From NCBI GenBank assembly GCA_964016885.1, contig OZ024742.1, forward strand, positions 166,408,001 through 166,472,000: 64,000 nt of DNA, given 5' to 3'. The translations under genes were made by a program, and so were the position numbers. This document shows, piece after piece, positions 25,601 to 38,880 of this stretch (its first letter is position 1; each line of letters starts with the position of its first letter). This stretch comes from Eledone cirrhosa. Its lineage: Eukaryota. The notes under the pieces were generated by a model, which was not told the DNA's origin, ran no database searches, and saw only the letters and a program-made list of their open reading frames with translations.

Positions 25601-28600
25601 TCAAGGGGAGATAATTTCCAGCCGTCCAAGGGGAGATAATTTTCAGCCGTCCAAGGGGAGATAATTTCCAGCCGTCCAAGGGGAGATAATTTCCATCCTT
25701 CCAAGGGGAGATAATTTCCAGCCGTCCAAGGGGAGATAATTTTCAGCCGTCCAAGGGGAGATAATTTCCCGCCAGCCAAGGGAAGATAATATTTTAAAAA
25801 ATCAGGCGGAGATAATTTGTAAAAAAAATCAGGGGGAGATAATTTGTAAAAAAATCAGGGGGAGATAATTTGTAAAAAAAAAATCAGGGGGAGATAATTT
25901 GTAAAAAAAATCAGGGGGAGATAATTTGTAAAAAAAAATCAGTGGTAGATAATTTGTAAAAAAAAATCAGGGGGAGATAATTTGTAAAAAAAAAATCAGG
26001 GGGAGATAATTTGTAAAAAAAATCAAGGGGAGATAATTTCCAGCCGTCCAAGGAGAGATAATTTTAAAAAAAAATCAGGCGGAGATAATTTGTAAAAAAA
26101 AATCAAGGGGAGATAATTTGTAAAAAAAATCAAGGGGAGATAATTTCCAGCCGTCCAAGGGAAGATAATTTCCAGCACTCCAAGGGGCTATAATTTCCAG
26201 TGTCCAAGGGGAGATAATTTCCAGCCAGCGAAGGGGAGATAATTTTTTTAAAAAAATCAGGGGGAGATATGTAAAAAAAATCAGAGGGAGATAATTTCTA
26301 AAAAAAATCAAAGGGAGATAATTTCCAGCCGTCCAAAGAGAGATAATTTCTAGCCGTCCAAGGGGAGATAATTTCCAGCCAAGGGGAGATAATTTCCAGC
26401 CGTCCAAGGGGAGATAATTATTTAAAAAATCAGGTGGAGATAATTTGTAAAAAAAATCAGGGGGAGATAATTTGTAAAAACAAAATCAAGGGCAGATAAT
26501 TTCCAGCTGTCCAAGGGGAGATAATTTCCAGCCGTGCAAGGGGAGATAATTTCCAGCCGTCCAAGGGGAGATAATTTCCATCCTTCCAAGGGGAGATAAT
26601 GTCCAGCCGTCCAAGGGGAGATAATTTCCCGCCAGCCAAGGGAAGATAATTTTTAAAAAAATCAGGCGGAGATTGTAAAAAAAATCAGGGGGAGATAATT
26701 TGTAAAAAAAAAATCAGGGGGAGATAATTTGTAAAAAAAATCAGGGGTAGATAATTTGTAAAAAAAAATCAGGGGGAGATAATTTGTAAAAAAAAATCAG
26801 GGGGAGATAATTTCTAAAAAAATCAAGGGGAGATAATATGCAGCCGTCCAAGGGGAGATAATTTTCAGCCGTCCAAGGAGAGGTAATTTCTAGCCGTCCA
26901 AGGGGAGATAATTTCCAGCCGTCCAAGGGGAGATAATTTCCAGCCGTCCAAGGGGAGATAGTTTTTTTTAAAAAATCAGGCGGAGATAATTTGTAAAAAA
27001 AAAACCAGGGGGAGATAATTTGTAAAAAAAAATCAGGGGGAGATAATTTGTAAAAAAAAATCAGGGGGAGATAATTTGTAAAAAAAATCAGGGGGAGATA
27101 ATTAGTAAAAAAAATCAAGGGGAGATAATTTCCAGCCGTCCAAGGGGAGGTAATATCTAGCCGTCCAAGGGGAGATAATTTCCAGCCGTCCAAGGGGAGA
27201 TAATTTCCAGCCGTCCAAGGGTAGATAATATCCAGCCGTCCAAGTAGACATATTTTCCAGCCGTCCAAGGAGAGGTAATTTCTAGCCGTCCAAGGGGAGA
27301 TAAATTCCAGCCTCCAAGGGGAGATAATTTCCAGCCAGCCAAGGGGAGATAATTTGTAAAAAAATCAGGGGGAGATAATTTGTAAAAAAAATCAGGGGGA
27401 GATAATTTGTAAAAAAAAATCAGGGGGAGATAATTTGTAAAAAAAAATCAGGGGGAGATAATTTGTAAAAAAAATCAGGGGGAGATAATTTGTAAAAAAA
27501 AATCAGGGGGAGATAATTTGTAAAAAAAATTCAGGGGGAGATAATTTGTAAAAAAAAATCAGGGGGAGATAATTTGTAAAAAAAATCAAGGGGAGATAAT
27601 TTCCAGCCGTCCAGGGGGAGATAATTTCCAGCCGTCCAAGGGGAGGTAATATCTAGCCGTCCAAGGGGAGATAATTTCCAGCCGTCCAAGAGGAGATAAT
27701 TTCCAGCCGTCCCAGGGTAGATAATATCCAGCCGTCCAAGGAGACATATTTTCCAGCCGTCCAAGGAGAGGTAATTTCTAGCCGTCCAAGGGGAGATAAA
27801 TTCCAGCCTCCAAGGGGAGATAATTTGTAAAAAAAATCAGGGGGAGATAATTTGTAAAAAAAATCAGGGGGAGATAATTTGTAAAAAAAAATCAGGGGGA
27901 GATAATTTGTAAAAAAAATCAGGGGGAGATAATTTGTAAAAACAAATCAAGGGGAGATAATTTCCAGCCGTCCAAGGGGAGATAATTTTCAGCCGCCCAA
28001 GGGGAGATAATTTCCCGCCAGCCAAGGGAAGATAATATTTAAAAAATCAGGCGGAGATAATTTGTAAAAAAAATCAGGGGGAGATAATTTGTAAAAAAAT
28101 CAGGGGGAGATAATTTGTAAAAAAAAAATCAGGGGGAGATAATTTGTAAAAAAAATCAGGGGGAGATGATTTGTAAAAAAAATCAGGGGTAGATAATTTG
28201 TAAAAAAAAATCAGGGGGAGATAATTTGTAAAAAAAAATCAGGGGGAGATAATTTGTAAAAAAAATCAAGAGGAGATAATTTCCAGCCGTCGAAGGGAAG
28301 ATAGTTTCCAGCCCTCCAAGGGGCTATAATTTCCAGCGTCCAAGGGGAGATAATTTCCAGCCAGCGAAGGGGAGATAATTTTTTTTAAAAAATCATTGGG
28401 AGATTTGTAAAAAAAATCAGGGGGAGATAATTGGTAAAAAAAATCAAGGGGAGATAATTTCCAGCCGTCCAAGGGGAGATAATTTCCAGCCGTCCAAGGG
28501 TAGATAATATCCAGCCGTCCAAGTAGACATTTTCCAGCCGTCCAAGGAGAGGTAATTTCTAGCCGTCCAAGGGGAGATAAATTCCAGCCTCCAAGGGGAG

Positions 28601-31600
28601 ATAATTTCCAGCCAGCCAAGGGGAGATAATTTGTAAAAAAATCAGGGGGAGATAATTTGTAAAAAAAAATCAGGGGGAGATAATTTGTAAAAAAAAATCA
28701 GGGGGAGATAATTTGTAAAAAAAAATCAGGGGGAGATAATTTGTAAAAAAAATCAAGGGGAGATAATTTCCAGCCGTCCAAGGGGAGATAATTTCCAGCC
28801 GTGCAAGGGGAGATAATTTCCAGCCGTCCAAGGGGAGATAATTTCCATCCTTCCAAGGGGAGATAATCTCCAGCCGTCCAAGGGGAGATAATTTCCCGCC
28901 AGCCAAGGGAAGATAATTTTTAAAAAAATCAGGCGGAGATTGTAAAAAAAATCAGGGGGAGATAATTTGTAAAAAAATCAGGGGGAGATAATTTGTAAAA
29001 AAAAAATCAGGGGAGATAATTTGTAAAAAAAAATCAGGGGGAGATAATTTGTAAAAAAAAAATCAGGGGGAGATAATTTGTAAAAAAAATCAGGGGTAGA
29101 TAATTTGTAAAAAAAAATCAGTGGGAGATAATTTGTAAAAAAAAATCAGTGGGAGATAATTTGTAAAAAAATCAAGGGGAGATAATATGCAGCCGTCCAA
29201 GGGGAGATAATTTTCAGCCGTCCAAGGAGAGTTAATTTCTAGCCGTCCAAGGGGAGATAATTTCCAGCCGTCCAAGGGGAGATAATTTCCAGCCGTCCAA
29301 GGGGAGATAGTTTTTTTAAAAAATCAGGCGGAGATAATTTGTAAAAAAAAAATCAGGGGGAGATAATTTGTAAAAAAAAATCAGGGGGAGATAATTTGTA
29401 AAAAAAAATCAAGGGGAGATAATTTGTAGAAAAAATCAGGGGGAGATAATTAGTAAAAAAATCAAGGGGAGATAATTTCCAGCCGTCCAAGGGGAGGTAA
29501 TATCTAGCCGTCCAAGGGGAGATAATTTCCAGCCGTCCAAGGGGAGATAATTTCCAGCCGTCCAAGGGTAGATAATATCCAGCCGTCCAAGTAGACATAT
29601 TATCCAGCCGTCCAAGGAGAGGTAATTTCTAGCCGTCCAAGGGGAGATAAATTCCAGCCTCCAAGGGGAGATAATTTCCAGCCAGCCAAGGGGAGATAAT
29701 TTGTAAAAAAAATCAGGGGGAGATAATTTGTAAAAAAAATCAGGGGGAGATAATTTGTAAAAAAAAATCAGGGGGAGATAATTTGTAAAAAAAATCAGGG
29801 GGAGATAATTTGTAAAAAAAAATCAGGGGGAGATAATTTGTAAAAAAAAATCAGGGGGAGATAATTTGTAAAAAAAAATCAGGGGGAGATAATTTGTAAA
29901 AAAAATCAAGGGGAGATAATTTCCAGCCGTCCAAGGGGAGATAATTTCCAGCCGTCCAAGGGGAGGTAATATCTAGCCGTCCAAGGGGAGATAATTTCCA
30001 GCCGTCCAAGAGGAGATAATTTCCAGCCGTCCAAGGGAAGATAATTTCAAGCCCTCCAAGGGGCTATAATTTCCAGTGTCCAAGGGGAGATAATTTCCAG
30101 CCAGCGAAGGGGAGATAATTTTTTTTTAAAAATCAGGGGGAGATTTGTAAAAAAAATCAGGGGGAGATAATTTGTAAAAAAAATCAAGGGGAGATAATTT
30201 CCAGCCGTCGAAGGGAAGATAATTTCCAGCCCTCCAAGGGGCTATAATTTCCAGCGTCCAAGGGGAGATAATTTCCAGCCAGCGAAGGGGAGATAATTTT
30301 TTAAAAAAAATCATTGGGAGATTTGTAAAAAAAATCAGGGAGAGATAATTTGTAAAAAAAATCAAGGGGAGATAATTTCCAGCCGTCCAAGGGGAGGTAA
30401 TATCTAGCCGTCCAAGGGGAGATAATTTCCAGCCGTCCAAGGGGAGATAATTTCCAGCCGTCCAAGGGTAGATAATATCCAGCCGTCCAAGTAGACATTT
30501 TCCAGCCGTCCAAGGAGAGGTAATTTCTAGCCGTCCAAGGGGAGATAAATTCCAGCCTCCAAGGGGAGATAATTTCCAGCCAGCCAAGGGGAGATAATTT
30601 GTAAAAAAATCAGGGGGAGATAATTTGTAAAAAAAATCAGGGGGAGATAATTTGTAAAAAAAAATCAGGGGGAGATAATTTGTAAAAAAAAATCAGGGGG
30701 AGATAATTTGTAAAAAAAAATCAGGGGGAGATAATTTGTAAAAAAAATCAAGGGGAGATAATTTCCAGCCGTCCAAGGGGAGATAATTTTCAGCCGTCCA
30801 AGGGGAGATAATTTCCAGCCGTCCAAGGGGAGATAATTTCCATCCTTCCAAGGGGAGATAATTTCCAGCCGTCCAAGGGGAGATAATTTCCCGCCAACCA
30901 AGGGAAGATAATTTTTAAAAAAATCAGGCGGAGATTGTAAAAAAAATCAGGGGGAGATAATTTGTAAAAAAATCAGGGGGAGATAATTTGTAAAAAAAAA
31001 ATCAGGGGGAGATAATTTGTAAAAAAAATCAAGGGGAGATAATTTGTACAAAAAATCAGGGGTATATAATTTGTAAAAAAAATCAGGGGGAGATAATTTG
31101 TAAAAAAAAATCAGGGGGAGATAATTTGTAAAAAAAATCAAGGGGAGATAATTTGCAGCCGTCCAAGGGGAGATAATTTTCAGCCGTCCAAGGAGAGGTA
31201 ATTTCTAGCCGTCCAAGGTGAGATAATATCCAGCCGTCCAAGGGGAGATAATTTCCAGCCGTCCAAGGGGAGATAATTTAAAAAAAAAAACAGGCGAAGA
31301 TAATTTGTAAAAAAAAATCAGGGGGAGATAATTTGTAAAAAAAATCAGGGGGAGGTAATTTGTAAAAAAAATCAAGGGGAGATAATTTCCAGCTGTCCAA
31401 GGGAAGATAATTTCCAGCCCTCCAAGGGGCTATAATTTCCAGCGTCCAAGGGGAGATAATTTCCAGCCACCGAAGGGGAGATAATTTTTTTTTTTTTAAA
31501 TCAGTGGGACATAATTTGTAAAAAAAAAATCAGGGGGAGATAATTTGTAAAAAAAATCAAGGGGAGATAATTTGTAAAAAAAAATCAGGGGGAGATAATT

Positions 31601-34600
31601 TGTAAAAAAAAATCAGGGGGAGATAATTTGTAAAAAAAATTAAGGGGAGATAATTTGTAAAAAAAAATCAAGGGGAGATAATTTCCAGCCGTCCAAGGAG
31701 AGGTAATTTCTAGACGTCCAAGGGGAGATAATTTCCAGCCGTCCAAGGGGAGATAATTTCCAGCCGTCCAAGGGTAGATAATATCCAGCCGTCCAAGGAG
31801 ACATATTTTCCAGCTTTCCAAGGAGAGGTAATTTCTAGCCGTCCAAGGGGAGATAAATTCCAGCCTCCAAGGGGAGATAATTTCCAGCCAGCCAAGGGGA
31901 GATAATTTGTAAAAAAAATCAGGGGGAGATAATTTGTAAAAAAAATCAGGGGGAGATAATTTGTAAAAAAAATCAGGGGGAGATAATTTCCAGCCGTCCA
32001 AGGGGAGATAATTTTCAGCCGTCCAAGGGGAGATAATTTCCCGCCAGCCAAGGGAAGATAATATTTAAAAAATGAGGCGGAGATAATTTGTAAAAAAAAT
32101 CAGGGGGAGATAATTTGTAAAAAAATCAGGGGGAGATAATTTGTAAAAAAAAAATCAGGGGGAGATAATTTGTAAAAAAAATCAGGGGGAGATAATTTGT
32201 AAAAAAAAATCAGGGGTAGATAATTTGTAAAAAAAAATCAGGGGGAGATAATTTGTAAAAAAAATCAGGGGGAGATAATTTATAAAAAAAATCAAGGGGA
32301 GATAATTTCCAGCCGTCCAAGGGAAGATAATTTCAAGCCCTCCAAGGGGCTATAATTTCCAGTGTCCAAGGGGAGATAATTTCCAGCCAGCGAAGGGGAG
32401 ATAATTTTTTTTTAAAAATCAGGGGGAGATTTGTAAAAAAAATCAGGGGGAGATAATTTGTAAAAAAAATCAAAGGGAGATAATTTCCAGCCGTCCAAAG
32501 AGATAATTTCTAGCCGTCCAAGGGGAGATAATTTCGAGCCAAGGGGAGATAATTTCCAGCCGTCCAAGGGGAGATAATTTTTTAAAAAATCAGGTGGAGA
32601 TAATTTGTAAAAAAAATCAGGGGGAGATAATTTGTAAAAACAAAATCAAGGGCAGATAATTTCCAGCTGTCCAAGGGGAGATAATTTCCAGCCGTGCAAG
32701 GGGAGATAATTTCCAGCCGTCCAAGGGGAGATAATTTCCATCCTTCCAAGGGGAGATAATTTCCAGCCGTCCAAGGGGAGATAATTTCCCGCCAGCCAAG
32801 GGAAGATAATTTTTTAAAAAATCAGGCGGAGATTGTAAAAAAAATCAGGGGGAGATAATTTGTAAAAAAATCAGGGGGAGATAATTTGTAAAAAAATCAA
32901 GGGGAGATAATTTCCAGCTGTCCAAGGGGAGGTAATATCTAGCCGTCCAAGGGGAGATAATTTTTCAGCCGTCCAAGGGGAGATAATTTCCAGCCGTCCA
33001 AGGGTAGATAATATCCAGCCTTCCAAGGAGACATATTTTCCAGCCGTCCAAGGAGAGGTAATTTCTAGCCGTCCAAGTGGAGATAAATTCCAGCCTCCAA
33101 GGGGAGATAATTTCCAGCCAGCCAAGGGGAGATAATTTGTAAAAAAATCAGGGGGAGATAATTTGTAAAAAAAATCAGGGGGAGATAATTTGTAAAAAAA
33201 AATCAGGGGGAGATAATTTGTAAAAAAAATCAGGGGGAGATAATTTGTAAAAAAAATCAAGGGGAGATAATTTCCAGCCGTCCAAGGGGAGATAATTTTC
33301 AGCCGTCCAAGGGGAGATAATTTCCCGCCAGCCAAGGGAAGATAATATTTAAAAAATGAGGCGGAGATAATTTGTAAAAAAAAATCAGGGGTAGATAATT
33401 TGTAAAAAAAATCAGGGGGAGATAATTTGTAAAAAAAATCAAGGGGAGATAATTTCCAGCCGTCCAAGGAGAGATAATTTTTAAAAAAAATCAGGCGGAG
33501 ATAATTTGTAAAAAAAAAATCAGGGGGAGATAATTTGTAAAAAAAAATCAGGGGGAGATAATTTGTAAAAAAAATCAAGGGGAGATAATTTCCAGCCGTC
33601 CAAGGGGAGATCATTTTCAGCCGTCCAAGGGGAGATAATTTCCAGCCGTCCAAGGGGAGATAATTTAAAAAAAAAATCAGGCGGAGATAATTTGTAAAAA
33701 AAATCAAGGGGAGATAATTTGCAACCGTCCAAGGGGACATAATTTTCAGTCGTCCAAGGAGAGGTAATTTCTAGCCGTACAAGGGGAGATAATTTCCAGC
33801 CGTCCAAGGGGAGATAATTTCCAGCCGTCCAAGGGGAGATAATTTTTTTTTAAAAATCAGGCGGAGATAATTTGTAAAAAAAAAATCAGGGGGAGATAAT
33901 TTGTAAAAAAAATCAGGGGGAGATAATTTGTAAAAAAAAATCAGGGGGAGATAATTTGTAAAAAAAATCAAGGGGAGATAATTTCCAGCCGTCCAAGGGA
34001 AGATAATTTCCAGCCCTCCAAGGGGCTATAATTTCCAGCGTCCAAGGGGAGATAATTTCCAGCCAGCGAAGGGGAGATAATTGTTTTAAAAAAATCATTG
34101 GGAGATTTGTAAAAAAAATCAGGGGGAGATAATTAATAAAAAAAATCAAGGGGAGATAATTTCCAGCCGTCCAAGGGGAGGTAATATCTAGCCGTCCAAG
34201 GGGAGATAATTTCCAGCCGTCCAAGGGGAGATAATTTCCAGCCGTCCAAGGGTAGATAATATCCAGCCGTCCAAGGAGACATATTTTCCAGCCGTCCAAG
34301 GAGAGGTAATTTCTAGCCGTCCAAGGGGAGATAAATTCCAGCCTCCAAGGGGAGATAATTTCCAGCCAGCCAAGGGGAGATAATTTGTAAAAAAATCAGG
34401 GGGAGATAATTTGTAAAAAAAATCAGGGGTAGATAATTTGTAAAAAAAAATCAGGGGGAGATAATTTGTAAAAAAAAATCAGGGGGAGATAATTTGTAAA
34501 AAAAATCAAGGGGAGATAATTTCCAGCCGTCCAAGGAGAGATAATTTAAAAAAAAAATCAGGCGGAGATAATTTGTAAAAAAAAATCAGGGGGAGATAAT

Positions 34601-37600
34601 TTGTAAAGAAAAATCAGGGGGAGATAATTTGTAAAAGAAATCAAGGGGAGATAATTTCCAGCCGTCCAAGGGGAGATAATTTCCAGCCGTCCAAGGGGAG
34701 ATAATTTTTTTAAAAAAATCAGGCGGAGATAATTTGTAAAAAAAAATCAGGGGGTGATAATTTCCAGCCGTCCAAGGTAAGATAATTTCCAGCCCTCCAA
34801 GGGGCTATAATTTCCAGCCGTCCAAGGGTAGATAATATCCAGCCGTCCAAGTAGACATATTTTCCAGCCGTCCAAGGAGAGGTAATTTCTAGCCGTCCAA
34901 GGGGAGATAATTTCCAGCCAGCCAAGGGGAGATAATTTGTAAAAAAATCAGGGGGAGATAATTTGTAAAAAAAATCAGGGGGAGATAATTTGTAAAAAAA
35001 AATCAGGGGGAGATAATTTGTAAAAAAAAATCAGGGGGAGATAATTTGTAAAAAAAAATCACGGGGAGATAATTTCCAGCCGTCCAAGGGGAGATAATTT
35101 TCAGCCGTCCAAGGGTAGATAATATCCAGCCGTCCAAGTAGACATTTTCCAGCCGTCCAAGGAGAGGTAATTTCTAGCCGTCCAAGGGGAGATAAATTCC
35201 AGCCTCCAAGGGGAGATAATTTCCAGCCAGCCAAGGGGAGATAATTTGTAAAAAAATCAGGGGGAGATAATTTGTAAAAAAAATCAGGGGGAGATAATTT
35301 GTAAAAAAAAATCAGGGGGAGATAATTTGTAAAAAAAAATCAGGGGGAGATAATTTGTAAAAAAAAATCAGGGGGAGATAATTTGTAAAAAAAATCAAGG
35401 GGAGATAATTTCCAGCCGTCCAAGGGGAGATAATTTTCAGCCGTCCAAGGGGAGATAATTTCCAGCCGTCCAAGGGGAGATAATTTCCATCCTTCCAAGG
35501 GGAGATAATTTCCAGCCGTCCAAGGGGAGATAATTTTCAGCCGTCCAAGGGGAGATAATTTCCCGCCAGCCAAGGGAAGATAATATTTTAAAAAATCAGG
35601 CGGAGATAATTTGTAAAAAAAATCAGGGGGAGATAATTTGTAAAAAAATCAGGGGGAGATAATTTGTAAAAAAAAAATCAGGGGGAGATAATTTGTAAAA
35701 AAAATCAGGGGGAGATAATTTGTAAAAAAAAATCAGGGGTAGATAATTTGTAAAAAAAAATCAGGGGGAGATAATTTGTAAAAAAAAATCAGGGGGAGAT
35801 AATTTGTAAAAAAAATCAGGGGGAGATAATTTGTAAAAAAAAATCAGGGGGAGATAATTTCCGGCCGTCCAAGGGGAGATAATTTTCAGCCGTCCAAGGG
35901 GAGATAATTTCCCGCCAGCCAAGGGAAGATAATATTTAAAAAAATCAGGCGGAGATAATTTGTAAAAAAAATCAGGGGGAGATAATTTGTAAAAAAATCA
36001 GGGGGAGATAATTTGTAAAAAAAATCAAGGGGAGATAATTTCCAGCCGTCCAAGGGGAGGTAATATCTAGCCGTCCAAGGGGAGATAATTTCCAGCCGTC
36101 CAAGAGGAGATAATTTCCAGCCGTCCAAGGGTAGATAATATCCAGCCGTCCAAGGAGACATATTTTCCAGCCGTCCAAGGAGAGGTAATTTCTAGCCGTC
36201 CAAGGGGAGATAAATTCCAGCCTCCAAGGGGAGATAATTTCCAGCCAGCCAAGGGGAGATAATTTGTAAAAAAAATCAGGGGGAGATAATTTGTAAAAAA
36301 AATCAGGGGGAGATAATTTGTAAAAAAATCAGGGGGAGATAATTTGTAAAAAAAAAATCAGGGGGAGATAATTTGTAAAAAAAATCAGGGGGAGATGATT
36401 TGTAAAAAAAAATCAGGGGTAGATAATTTGTAAAAAAAAATCAGGGGGTGATAATTTGTAAAAAAAAATCAGGGGGAGATAATTTGTAAAAAAAATCAAG
36501 GGGAGATAATTTCCAGCCGTCGAAGGGAAGATAATTTCCAGCCCTCCAAGGGGCTATAATTTCCAGCGTCCAAGGGGAGATAATTTCCAGCCGTCCAAGG
36601 GGAGATAATTTCCAGCCGTCCAAGGGTAGATAATATCCAGCCGTCCAAGTAGACATTTTCCAGCCGTCCAAGGAGAGGTAATTTCTAGCCGTCCAAGGGG
36701 AGATAAATTCCAGCCTCCAAGGGGAGATAATTTCCAGCCAGCCAAGGGGAGATAATTTGTAAAAAAATCAGGGGGAGATAATTTGTAAAAAAAATCAGGG
36801 GGAGATAATTTGTAAAAAAAAATCAGGGGGAGATAATTTGTAAAAAAAATCAGGGGGAGATAATTTGTAAAAAAAATCAGGGGGAGATAATTTGTAAAAA
36901 AAATCAAGGGGAGATAATTTCCAGCCGTCCAAGGGGAGATAATTTTCAGCCGTCCAAGGGGAGATAATTTCCATCCTTCCAAGGGGAGATAATTTCCAGC
37001 CGTCCAAGGGGAGATAATTTTCAGCCGTCCAAGGGGAGATAATTTCCCGCCAGCCAAGGGAAGATAATATTTTAAAAAATCAGGCGGAGATAATTTGTAA
37101 AAAAAATCAGGGGGAGATAATTTGTAAAAAAATCAGGGGGAGATAATTTGTAAAAAAAAAATCAGGGGGAGATAATTTGTAAAAAAAATCAGGGGGAGAT
37201 AATTTGTAAAAAAAAATCAGGGGTAGATAATTTGTAAAAAAAAATCAGGGGGAGATAATTTGTAAAAAAAAAATCAGGGGGAGATAATTTGTAAAAAAAA
37301 TCAAGGGGAGATAATTTCCAGCCGTCCAAGGAGAGATAATTTTTAAAAAAAATCAGGCGGAGATAATTTGTAAAAAAAAATCAAGGGGAGATAATTTGTA
37401 AAAAAAAATCAAGGGGAGATAATTTGTAAAAAAATCAAGGGGAGATAATTTCCAGCCGTCCAAGGGAAGATAATTTCCAGCACTCCAAGGGGCTATAATT
37501 TCCAGTGTCCAAGGGGAGATAATTTCCAGCCAGCGAAGGGGAGATAATTTTTTTAAAAAAATCAGGGGGAGATATGTAAAAAAAATCAGAGGGAGATAAT

Positions 37601-38880
37601 TTCTAAAAAAAATCAAAGGGAGATAATTTCCAGCCGTCCAAAGAGAGATAATTTCTAGCCGTCCAAGGGGAGATAATTTCCAGCCAAGGGGAGATAATTT
37701 CCAGCCGTCCAAGGGGAGATAATTATTTAAAAAATCAGGTGGAGATAATTTGTAAAAAAAATCAGGGGGAGATAATTTGTAAAAACAAAATCAAGGGCAG
37801 ATAATTTCCAGCTGTCCAAGGGGAGATAATTTCCAGCCGTGCAAGGAGAGATAATTTCCAGCCGTCCAAGGGGAGATAATTTCCATCCTTCCAAGGGGAG
37901 ATAATGTCCAGCCGTCCAAGGGGAGATAATTTCCCGCCAGCCAAGGGAAGATAATTTTTAAAAAAATCAGGCGGAGATTGTAAAAAAAATCAGGGGGAGA
38001 TAATTTGTAAAAAAAAAATCAGGGGGAGATAATTTGTAAAAAAAATCAGGGGTAGATAATTTGTAAAAAAAAATCAGGGGGAGATAATTTGTAAAAAAAA
38101 ATCAGGGGGAGATAATTTCTAAAAAAATCAAGGGGAGATAATATGCAGCCGTCCAAGGGGAGATAATTTTCAGCCGTCCAAGGAGAGGTAATTTCTAGCC
38201 GTCCAAGGGGAGATAATTTCCAGCCGTCCAAGGGGAGATAATTTCCAGCCGTCCAAGGGGAGATAGTTTTTTTAAAAAAATCAGGCGGAGATAATTTGTA
38301 AAAAAAAAATCAGGGGGAGATAATTTGTAAAAAAAAATCAGGGGGAGATAATTTGTAAAAAAAAATCAGGGGGAGATAATTTGTAAAAAAAATCAGGGGG
38401 AGATAATTAGTAAAAAAAATCAAGGGGAGATAATTTCCAGCCGTCCAAGGGGAGGTAATATCTAGCCGTCCAAGGGGAGATAATTTCCAGCCGTCCAAGG
38501 GGAGATAATTTCCAGCCGTCCAAGGGTAGATAATATCCAGCCGTCCAAGTAGACATATTTTCCAGCCGTCCAAGGAGAGGTAATTTCTAGCCGTCCAAGG
38601 GGAGATAAATTCCAGCCTCCAAGGGGAGATAATTTCCAGCCAGCCAAGGGGAGATAATTTGTAAAAAAATCAGGGGGAGATAATTTGTAAAAAAAATCAG
38701 GGGGAGATAATTTGTAAAAAAAAATCAGGGGGAGATAATTTGTAAAAAAAAATCAGGGGGAGATAATTTGTAAAAAAAATCAGGGGGGGATAATTTGTAA
38801 AAAAAAATCAGGGGGAGATAATTTGTAAAAAAAAATCAGGGGGAGATAATTTGTAAAAAAAAATCAGGGGGAGATAATTT
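7680..38880. repeat. About 11.1-11.3 kb higher-order repeat domain, containing the 7.57 kb duplication
   Basis: ORF offsets 18189/29353 and 18962/30126 (11164); 20449/31585 and 22777/33913 (11136); 24035/35340, 26457/37762 and 27157/38462 (11305). Also 7727/26457 and 9937/28670 (18730-18733, which is about 11164+7568). Confidence 0.85.
10530..25690. repeat. Near-perfect 7568-7569 bp tandem duplication (two copies)
   Basis: ORF offsets 10620/18189 and 11393/18962 (7569); 12379/19947, 12881/20449, 14235/21803, 15747/23315, 16467/24035, 17570/25138 (7568). Shared rare variants TCCGGGGG (about 11990/19558), ATCGGGGGAG (about 16411/23979) and TCACGGGTAG (about 17570/25138). Confidence 0.92.
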
